A stretch of DNA of 59,556 nucleotides, filler included, from Sphacelaria rigidula (Eukaryota), in the NCBI GenBank assembly GCA_964200075.2. It is 7 parts of 7 records of this genome, joined end to end, with 100 filler letters (N's around TTAATTAATTAA, not from the genome) between each part and the next. Parts side by side here need not be neighbours in the genome. Positions count along the whole stretch, not along the records: positions 42,614 to 51,035 come from CAXNAA020011195.1; positions 51,136 to 59,556 come from CAXNAA020011196.1; 5 more parts are not named here. One strand, 5' to 3'. Each line of letters begins with the position of its first letter. Positions within the stretch are counted from its first letter, which is position 1. The notes beneath the pieces were generated by a model that saw nothing but the letters and a program-made list of their open reading frames with translations, was not told the origin of the DNA and did not search any database. A program made the position numbers and the translations under genes. Below are positions 49,901 through 59,556 of the stretch, piece by piece.

Positions 49901-50887
49901 AACGATGATGTAGCACCATAGGGAGCCTGTGGCGAGTTTCCGCCTCCTCTTCGCACTTGGACATGTAATGCACAACAAATATGTCTCTTTCCCGTCTGCG
50001 CAACACTGCTATCACTTGACCAGACGATTTATGGTCTAGGACTACTGCAGTGTTTCGGGATCGACATCATGCCCTCGCGCTATCTCTAGGCATCATCATG
50101 ACCATCATGAAACACAAAACGCAGTTTTCCGCACGATAATCCCCCACCTCCTTTATTTCTGGCTCAGGCATGTTTCTGTCCATTTCTTCTGCCATTTTGG
50201 CACCGCTAGGCAATCACGCTCCCCGTATATTTATTTCTTCTCTTGGATGTTTGTAACGACAACAACGACTCACGGTGCAGAGGTGCTCGCCCACCCTCTT
50301 CTCCTCGAGGTAGTTGCTCACGTTGAGCAGCTCTAGGTTTCTTCGAACATGACCCCCTGTGGGGTTCCTGCTCATAGACAAAATAATGCACAGAGTACGG
50401 CAGTGGTTAACAACGTGTCCGCGATGTGGGCGGTGAAACAAATGTGGAGCGGTGCCGAAGAAGGCAAAATGAATACGCACCATGCGGCGTCGAAAGTACA
50501 ACGCAAAATATCCTCACTCTAGTGATCCTTGCATGCGGTCGACTCTGGCGGTAGGAGCACGTTTTCACGTGATTAAAGAAAAGCTCTTGAAAGCCAGGAC
50601 GGTCGACGCACTCGGGTTCAAGAACAAATGCCGCTGAAAGCTTACGAAAGTACACATCACCGTATGTCAATAACGGACCACACCACAACCAGTAAATAAT
50701 CTTGCCATTGTGCACATGACTGTGTTCGATATGCGGTCACGTTTCTCTTTAATTATTCACTGCCTCACATGACGAGTGTGGATACGCTCCCGATGACGTA
50801 GGAAAACATGGTTGTTCCGCAAATCATGGTGAAGCACGCCACTACCCTCTCAAGATCATTTGTCGGCACCAAGTCTCCATAGCCCAC
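43947..50887 (-). CDS. 3' part of a voltage-gated K+ channel of the CNBD superfamily (EAG/HCN/plant Shaker-like)
   Basis: Eight phase-consistent GT-AG exons: 50769-50887 (VGYGDLVPTNDLERVV.. pore and S6), 50274-50367 and 48544-48753 (C-linker), 47655-47815, 46998-47055 and 46092-46198 (CNBD: GEVVY..GVYFVTRG..GELFG..VYLLSNSDL), 44515-45124, and 43947-44084 (TAG stop). The 5' exons are lost at the contig end. Confidence 0.92.
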
Positions 50888-51135
50888 CTGGTGGGTACAG
50901 CATACGGAAAAGTTCGAAAGGACGGGGAGTGGGGGTGTACTCATGATCATGCATGTCATAGACAGGAGATGCTTGGTGTAGGATCCGTACAAAGCCGGCA
51001 CGGGGCACGCCGGGTTTTCGCCGAACCAGGCTCGCNNNNNNNNNNNNNNNNNNNNNNNNNNNNNNNNNNNNNNNNNNNNTTAATTAATTAANNNNNNNNN
51101 NNNNNNNNNNNNNNNNNNNNNNNNNNNNNNNNNNN

Positions 51136-52570
51136 GTAATTCCCCGCGGTGCACCGTCGCAGTAATCCGTGAAAACGATACGGTTATCCGCGAAAAATAT
51201 ATAGATGTTCGCGGATGAAAACCAAAAAGTACGGAAGGCGTTATTTTGCTTTAACTTCCAGCAGCTGTACAGGGGGGACGGCGGATGAAATAGCGCACAT
51301 GTAAGGTCGAATGCCTGGAGGAAAAAATAAAAAAGCAAGTGAGAATTATGAACAGTACACATTTGAATTTTGAATGTCACTCTACAGGACAGGGTGACGG
51401 GGGGCGGTGTGGCAGACGCGCAACAGCAGTAGCGCTTGACTCAGGACGAAGGCTATCCACCACAAGAAAAAGCACGGAATACATCCCTCAAGAATGACGT
51501 CAATAGCAGCACAGCAGTTTTCAACTGAAAAGGGATATTTTCACAGTGTTTTCGTAGTCGGGGACATTCGAAAGTGTTTTCGCGTGACACCGCTTATCCT
51601 AGCGGATATTTGATCCCAAAGTTTGGGGATCTACTGAGCATCCCCTCCACATTTCAAAGTAAGATCACATCTGCGCTCATCATTGCACGACTAACGGGCA
51701 GACCGGTTTTCGGGGATCCTGAGACTGCCCAGCCCCAGGTTCTGACCCTTGAGTATTTTTGTACTTCGAATTCCAACTTACCCGGCATTCGGAACAATTT
51801 GTCCGTGGGATTTTGTGGCTTTTCAGCGGTTTGATCTGAGTGATGCTACGGAGAACGCACGGATGAATTACGGAGCACAACTTTCAGAACCGTATCGGCG
51901 AATTGCTTACACAGCACGATGTTTTTTTTAATTCGAATTCTAACTTATCCGGCATTCAGGACAATTTCGTCCGTGGAACTTCGTGGCTTTTCAGCGGATT
52001 GATCTGAAATATGCTACAGAGAACGCACGGATTGAGTACGGAGTGCAGACTTTCAGAGCCGTATCGGCGAATTGCTTATCCAGAACGATATTGTTTTACT
52101 TCGAATTCCAAGTTATCCGGCATTCAGAACAAATTCGTCCGCGGAAATCCGTCTCTTTTTAGCGGTTCGATCCGTAAGTTGTGCCAAGGAGGACGCGCGG
52201 ACTACCTACGGAGCGGATAAAACCGCACCGTAGAAAACCGCGTTTCACGGTTCCAACCGCGCAGCTGTAATCTATACGGAACGGAGCGGTTTTTTTCAAA
52301 TTGTCACGGAGCGGATATCCGTACATCGGAACATTCCCGGATTATTGCGGAGCGGATATTTGCCGACGAAAATGTCACGATGCGGAGCAGATTTTTCGAT
52401 TATGGTGCGGAGCGGAGCGCAGCGGAGCGGATATCCGCCAGTGGGAGAGATCACGGATTGTCACGGAGGGGATATCCGCCCCCTACTAATGCCACGGAGC
52501 GGTGCGGATTGACAAACCGCACCGTAATAATCCGCTCCGCGGATTTATTCTTAATCCGTGCACATCCCTG
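51136..52570. mobile_element. Truncated hAT-like non-autonomous element with three tandem ~167-bp units
   Basis: Units TTCGAATTC..CCGGCATTC.. start at 51765, 51932 and 52100. GGAGCGGA-rich subterminal region. The right terminus reads CAGGGATGTGCACGGAT on the minus strand. The left end is not seen. Confidence 0.6.
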
Positions 52571-52834
52571 GTAATGAGGAGTGTTGCTACCGACATTAGC
52601 CGTCGCCAACATAGAGAAGTGCTGAGAGGCGAAGACGTTACTTCAGAGATAAATCTTGTCACACGAAGATATTAGGAGATAACTCGTCCTCCTTTTTTTG
52701 CCTCTTTGGACTTTCAAACATTGTCGACGACAATAAAACCCGACCGAAGAAGAACCGAAAAGAGGCAGAAGACACTGATCCTGCACAACGGAAAAGAATA
52801 ACCGTGAAGCTGTACGCGAAATGAACTTATTTAA

Positions 52835-52931
52835 CCCTTAGACCGCGAGGTTAGTCTTCTGTTGAATCGGCATCAATTTCAAGTGAAAAAAGTATGCATG
52901 ATCCAGAAAGACTAATCTCGCCGTCTAAGGG
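52835..52931. mobile_element. 97-bp piggyBac-like MITE with TTAA flanks
   Basis: TTAA|CCCTTAGAC...GTCTAAGGG|TTAA. Diverged copies at ~39320-39555 (two), 40799-40913, 41485-41585, 53660-53710, 55991-56089, 56097-56192 and 57187-57290. Confidence 0.85.
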
Positions 52932-53259
52932 TTAAGCTTAATTAAAAAAACGACAAGCCCCGAACGGAAATAATGAGTCGAAACGCTGATCCTACAGAAC
53001 CAAAGAATAGCCGATCTCATCCCATCTCCAGTCTGAGATATCTGCCCAGAATGAACTCATTTCAACCTTCAGACATACACAAAACTCGACCGAAAATAAA
53101 ACAATCTTAGCGACGCAGAGGACACAGATCCTGCAGAAGACACTGATCCTGCAGAACCGACAAGAACCACCTATCTTTGAAGGAATATGACAGCATCGAC
53201 AACATGAAGAACGAATGTAGAAATCACTGTTACACGTCGATGAGACGATGTAAGACCAT

Positions 53260-55770
53260 CTTTCATGGCAACGAATCTCGATTTTTTGCGACGGGGACTC
53301 AAATTCGCGAACTCATAACCGGGGGGACCGTTTTATGGCACAGACGGTATCATAGATTTTTTAAATGATTCTGTACACAGAAATCATATTCTGCACGAGT
53401 GTGGTATTGCGTACTTGTGTATGAAGCCGAAGAGCAGGCAGGCGGTGAATAATCCTTCGAGTACAGTGTCGTACCACGGTACCCTAGCGTAAAACAATGC
53501 AGGACACTCCATGATCACAGTGCATGATAATGCCATGCGGTAGTACATGATGATGGCACAGCCGGTATTGCGAGAACGGTGAACAATCAGTGCGCGAGAA
53601 GAGCTCAGTAGTGCAGTGCCATACATCACCCTGCAAGTACAGCGACAACAGACCATTAATAGGTCATCTGTTGAATCGGCATCAACTTCAACTGGGAGAA
53701 GAATACATTAACCATGGCATATACTCTTCCGTGGCAAACTTCCAAAACACATATGGGTGACTTCGTGAGCTTTTCGGCTGTTATTGTGCGGGTAGGCCCC
53801 CACCATCTGTCCACCACGCCCCCCCCCCGCCGCCGCCGCTCCCAGGCTCCTCTGATGTCCCTGCACTGTCAGCTTGTGAAATTGTTTTGAGGCGACGCTT
53901 GGGTGTCGCAGGGTTAAGACAATATTTTATGGTAGTCATAGATCTCGATCTTTACGCATGATCGGGGGGAAAAATTCGGGGAACGCATTTTATGGACCCC
54001 GATTTGGGGGAAAAAATCATGGTGTCACGATGTCAAAACTGTTTCCCCCGATTTCAAAGAGGTGAAGTACGTGCACTGACGTACAATGGTAGAGTGCGAG
54101 GCGTTTGATATTTTCGCAACCGCAGCAGAAGAAAGACTCGTGAAAGCGCGTGCCTGCCCGCGCCAGCTGCTGCAGTAGCGTTACGGGGTTTGACGGGTGG
54201 ATAATAAGTGTTGACATCGCACCCCGTGACGATGGTAATATTCTATGCGGCACTACGCTGCCATATGTATCACTATACCGAACGGTGCTGTACTCACCTA
54301 GTCTATTGTCGCTGTAGTTGCAGGGTGATGTATCGCTCTGGACAACTGAACTCTTCTCGCGCACTGATTGTTCACATTTCTCGAGATACCGACTATACCA
54401 TAATGTACCACCACGCGGCATGATCATGAACTGTGATGATGCAGTGTCCTGCACTGTTTTACTACAGGGTACCATGGTACGACACTGTCCTCGAAGGATT
54501 ATTCACCGCCTGCCTGCCCTTCGGCTTCATGCACAAGTACGCAACACCACACTCGTGCAGAAAATGACTGTATACAGAACGAGAGTATTTCACGAGTCTG
54601 TGATACAATAACGCGGTCCCCCCGATTTTGAGTTCGCGAATTTGCGTCCCCGTCTCAAAAAAACGAGAATCGTTGCCATCAAAGACGATCCATGAGCCCA
54701 AATGTTCATAGATGACGCAAAATAAAGTATAAACAAAATCGGCGGAGTCGACTTTGGGCAGGTGGTGCATGGTAACGCAGCGGACGAGAAAATAGCTGTC
54801 TCCGGGGGTGGCTACTACCGTGAATATGGGGGTGATATTCGCCATTTTGGCCTGTAGCTTGTAGCAATACTCTTGGATCATGTCTGAATATTTTTGATAC
54901 ACTTGGCATGTAAAAAACTGAAGAAAAAACACCTTACCCTGGGGTTTAATGCGCGCATACCCCGAATATGATCACACGGACACCCGTGTGTATATCTACC
55001 TTTTACTCGACCTGTTACACACGAACTGCGATGCGCCTGAACACACGAGTGCATCGATCAAACGCGCAAACAATGGAGTGCTTACTCACGATCCTCGTTT
55101 CTTCCTCCCCGCGGATGAAATCGCTTTTTTTTATCCCCTCTCCAAGCATGATTGGGGGTGGTACCCGCCGTTTTTGCTGCTTACGTACGAGCTGGGTCAG
55201 CCGTAACATACAAACGCACATCACACAACAACTTACCAAGTTTCCCGAATCAGTCCGATTTGAGCATATCGCTGCGAAGTGCAGACCAAGACAAAGGCTG
55301 GGTTGAGGCGACAATTTTTTTTCATTTATAGTTCGTTGTCTTGCTTCGCTACTTTTTCACAGGGTGTTCGACCATCTATTATGCCGATCACCAATCTCTA
55401 TTTTTTTTCAACATCGGGTAAGAAAATTTATGGGTGTCACGATCTCAGAACCATTTCCCTTCGTTTTTCGAAACAAGGAAAGGAAATCGTTCCGAGATCG
55501 CGACTCCCCCCGATTTTGAGGAGGTGACGCACGTGCATTGACATAGAATGGTAGAGGACGAGTCGTTTAATATTTTTGCATCCGCAGCAGAAGACAGTCT
55601 CGTAGACAGCGCAGTGTGTGCCTGCCCGCGCCAGCTGCTGAAGCAGCTTCGCACGGGGTTAGGCGAGTAGATAAGAAGTGTTGACGCCATACCGTGTGGC
55701 TATGGTAACATTTTGTGCTGCACTGCACTGCCACATGTATCATCATACCGAACGGTACTGTCCTCTCCTA
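53260..55770. repeat. Cluster of rearranged repeat fragments
   Basis: 53260-53655 is an inverted copy of ~54300-54690, and ~54015-54295 is a direct copy of ~55428-55765. Confidence 0.8.
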
Positions 55771-56565
55771 TTAATACTCTTGCTGCCTAAGGGTTAATCA
55801 CTACCCCTACTGGGTTGTTTCGTGTTTAGAGGAAGGGGAAAAAGAGCTTGTGGGAACACAGTGTAGCCGGGCTCGAATCCTCTACTCATCTACACCAGTA
55901 TAATGTATTACCCCTCCACTCACATACCCAGCACTTTCGGTTATCTAGCAGCCTAATTCTTGCATACCTGACGGGTTTCGCCAACTTTAACCCGTCGAAG
56001 GCGAGAGTAGGTCATCTGTACAATCGGCATGAATTTCACTCGAAAAAAGTATTAACGATCCAGACGGACTACCTCTCGCGGTCTAACGGTTACTATCCCT
56101 AGACAGCAAGAGTAGGTCATCTGTTGAATCGGCATCAAATTCACTTGAAAAAAAATGCACGATCCAGATGGGATACTCTCATGGCCGAGGGATTAATGGA
56201 AACCGGCATCACTTTACCTCGCAGAAGACAATGTGATCTGTAGCGGCCGTCCGCATCACCAAAGATCACGGAGACATCACGGCTCAGGGGATAGGGGCTG
56301 CATGATGCACTGAAGAACTCTGTCATTGTGCTCAACGGCACATACTCCGCCAGACCACCAGCTTCTGGTAAACCCTTTTACCGCCACAAGTGTTCATTCG
56401 TAGAATCGGGATCATTATTACTTCAAAAAAGCTCTGAAAATTATGCCGATTCCACAAATTCTCTCAGTGATGGGTTCCCTGAGATACGTTCTTTTACAAT
56501 CCTCCTGCGGAAAGAGGGGATGAGCGAAAAAGCCTTTCGAATAGTTTCGGCTGCCAATTTACTAC

Positions 56566-56868
56566 TAACAATATTTTCGTGAGATTGAGAGTAGACGATA
56601 CGAATGAGAGTGGCTTCGATCGTTTGCTTTAACTTGGCCAATTTTTCGTCCCGTGTGTGCTTTTCTTTGCCTCCGTTCCTGGCGTGTGCTTACAGCTACA
56701 TGCCGATACCGTACAGAGGGATATCAAGGGCCTCAGTGGCGAGCTACTACAGAAAGCACATCGGGCCTCGTGGAGAGGCATTTCGGAACTTAAACGATTC
56801 ATTCACTGATTGACCGCTTTTCACTCTCATTCGTATCGTCTACTCTCAATCTCACGAAAAGTTGTTTA
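56566..56868. mobile_element. ~300-bp MITE with near-perfect TIRs
   Basis: TTTTCGTGAGATTGAGAGTAGACGATACGAATGAGAGTG (56574-56612) and its exact reverse complement (56822-56860). TSD unclear. Confidence 0.8.
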
Positions 56869-58132
56869 CTATACTGTCTCACTGTAGGAACCTCCCTGGT
56901 AAAGCACAACTTGAGCGGTATACATTTCCTGTTGATACAACAGTTTTGAGACGAGTCATACCGTAGGACTCAAAACGACAAGTCTCTGGGCGAAAAAAGT
57001 GGATATCAGTTTGAACACATTGTGGCACACCTCTCTGCACAGTTTTGTTCCGCACTTGATGTGTACTGCAGAACTGCACTCCATTCATCCTAGTGAGCGA
57101 CTCGTGTCCTGGCTGACTGACGCCGCGGTGCTTAGCGAGATCGATCTCAGACCAGGCAATGTTGATGTCGGCGCAATATCATTTTTCCCTTGGACGGCGA
57201 GAGTAGGTCATCTCTTGATTCGGCATTGATTCCACTTGAAAAAAATATTATGCATGATCCAGATGGACTACCCTCGCGGTGCGAGGATTGAGGGTCTAAT
57301 AAAATGAAGTAAAAAGTTGAAAATTACCACAACAGCAATCCAGATCGGGACCTTCACACACTAATTTACTTGACTTTCACAGCACACTCCTCCCGTTGGA
57401 GGTGTGGGGCACGCTTGTGCCACGGCGCGGCACGCGGTGGGCTCCAAAAAAATTAAGTGCTGCAGAAAATTTCGCGGATAAATATGGCAAATTCCTCGAA
57501 GGAAAAGCAACAGGTCGTTTATTTCCGGAACGTGAGATTCTGTTCCATCTTGGAATGTGACTGGTGCGGGAGTGACAGATTCTGGATCGCCCGGAGAAAC
57601 TGGAGCCAAAGCCACTGGCGCGAAAGGGTGTCAAACGGATGGAAACGTCACTGGGGGACAACGTTCGGGATTGCTCAGTCTCGAGGATCGGGACGCATAG
57701 TAAAGGGGGGTCAAACGGCTGGAAACGTCACTGGTAAGAGAACGTGAGGAGCAGCTCACTGGCACAAAGCTGAGGCAAACGGCAAGAAAAATCACTTTTT
57801 CCCAGACTAACTTCCGCCAAGGAAGCGCAATTCCGGCGTAGGAAAACGGCCCAGAGTAAATCCCGCTCACAAAAAGCAATTCCGGCGTAGGGAAACGGGA
57901 AATTCCCAGAGAAGCCGGGACAGCAGAAGCGGGAGAGAAATTCCCATAAAAAACGGGAGAGCAGGAACGAGAGAATTAAATACTGAACGCTGGTACGTCG
58001 AACTTCGAAGGAATGTTGCGCTGTCAGGCATCGTCACTGTCACACCTGCGTGCAGGGATCGCATCTGCGGAGAACATGAAACATGAGAATAATATGCATA
58101 TATATATATATATTGGTGATGAAGTATTCCTC

Positions 58133-58680
58133 CATACTCATGGTTTTCCACGTTACCGTTCGGCTGGCTCGCGGTGAACGTCTGGACGACTCTTCCACTG
58201 TAGAATAGTCATTTTTATGGGAATATAACAAACGATGGCTTGAAAGACCCGCATCATTAAGGGTGTCACGTAGGAAAAAATTAAACGAAAACAAATTGGT
58301 CATAACTCATGCCTCAACACTCATGGTTTTTCACGTTACCATTTGGCTGGCTCGGTGAAAAGGTGTGAGCGATTCTCCCACTGTAGAATAGTCATTTTTG
58401 CTGGGAATATAACAGACGATGACTGAAAAAAACGGCATCAATAAGGGTGTCACGCAGAAAAAAATAAAACGAAAAACAAAATGGTGATAACTTATGCCTC
58501 AATAGTCACGTTTTTCACGTTACCATTCGGCTGGGTCGCGATAAACGTCTTAACGATTCTGCCGCTGTAGAATAGCCATTTTTGATGGCAATATAACAGA
58601 CGATGACTGAAAATAACCGCATGAACAAGAGTTTCACGCAGGGAAGAGAAAAAAAAGTAATAACTTATGCCTCAGTATTC
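58133..58680. repeat. Tandem repeat, three ~184-bp units
   Basis: Units CTCATGGTTTT..CACGTTACC..CTGTAGAATAG.CATTTTT start near 58137, 58320 and 58505. Confidence 0.9.
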
Positions 58681-58689
58681 ATGATGTGG

Positions 58690-59445
58690 GATGTCACCCT
58701 TGGGTTGCCTCGGGCTAGAAGTCTGAAGGAATATTCCACCGTAGGATCGTCAATCTTATGCGCCACCATAAGTAGTGGCTGTAACAACCAATAAGACTCG
58801 GCAGGGCCATATACACTCCCTATGAAATAACCCTGCCCGTATTCGACATGAGTTGCAGTCTCTCTGCGATAGCACAGGCTCGGTGGGTCATTAGCACCAA
58901 GATCATCGCATCCGCATTCTCCCCTAATCTCGTCATCAAGTCCTGCCGTAATTCGGTATTTCGTACTACAGTGGCGGCGCCTACGTACATCGGAAGATAC
59001 ACATAATAAGCCAAGAAGCATCACCTGAGTCAGAAGGATTGCGTCAGCATCGGGGAGCTCGTCGTAAGGCCCTAGACAGCTCGTGCAGCGGCGCCCTGTC
59101 ACATGAATTTTCGGTCGTCCATATGTTCCCTCTTTGAAGTATGGCTCCTTGACGGGAAAACTGTACACGGCCATGATAGTTCTGAGCTGAGCCATATTCC
59201 GCGCAAATATCCGGGGATTGGCACGCTGAGTCCACGACGCTGATCCTCTCTCGCCTTCGCCGATACCTTCCTCCGGACCCCCGTCTGCCTCAGTCCACAC
59301 CATCCACATCGTCATCGTGCCCCGCCTCCATCTCAGGGGCCTCTACATCGGAGGTTTGCATGTGCACAGCAACGATTGCGGCGTGAAAGCAACGTCCGGT
59401 ACTTCTCGTGGAAGAACTCTCACCGCAGGGGCTGCCGTTGTTTGC
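58690..59445 (-). pseudogene. Possible SWIM + cysteine-cluster (KDZ-type) transposase relic
   Basis: TACTAAC branch point (59491-59497) and CAG acceptor, then SPC..GRCFHAAIV (SWIM-like CxH), an acidic linker with a frameshift, and RCTSCLGPY..DAILLTQ..HCSTKY..ECGC. Confidence 0.35.
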
Positions 59446-59556
59446 CTGGAAGGACCGCCGCGGAACACGAAAGCCACAGGGTGAGTTTTTGTTAGTACTG
59501 ACCGTGGAGGGGGGGGAGGGGGGGGGGGGGGGTAAAACGTTTCTTGCTGGCCTTGG

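Noticed and set aside
51136..59556. Upstream S1-S5 exons of the K+ channel
   Set aside because: This is a different contig beyond an artificial linker, and no transmembrane exons were found.

Overview
Eukaryotic nuclear DNA, most likely from a brown alga or related stramenopile (inferred from intron-rich genes, an FNIP-repeat gene and the repeat families). The window is not one locus. It is seven contigs of 8423, 8423, 8423, 8422, 8422, 8422 and 8421 bp, sorted by size and joined by 100-bp N44-TTAATTAATTAA-N44 linkers, so adjacency across linkers means nothing. Host gene pieces rebuilt from splice sites and reading frame: a multi-exon coiled-coil protein with Sfi1-like motifs (minus), an ERF4/GOLGA7-like gene fragment (minus), an intronless F-box-like + FNIP repeat ORF (minus), a calpain domain III exon (plus), and the last eight exons of a GYGD-pore K+ channel with an atypical cyclic-nucleotide-binding domain (minus). 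The rest is mostly transposon-derived: an RTE-type LINE remnant, a Ty3/gypsy integrase relic, tRNA-derived SINEs, 5S-derived fragments, hAT, Tc1/mariner and piggyBac-like MITEs (several with target-site duplications, TSDs), a 2.5-kb foldback element built from ~240-bp palindrome-containing units, and a possible SWIM/CxC (KDZ-type) transposase relic. I found no CRISPR array, intact rRNA or tRNA gene, or operon-like system. All protein family calls are by eye, without database searches.
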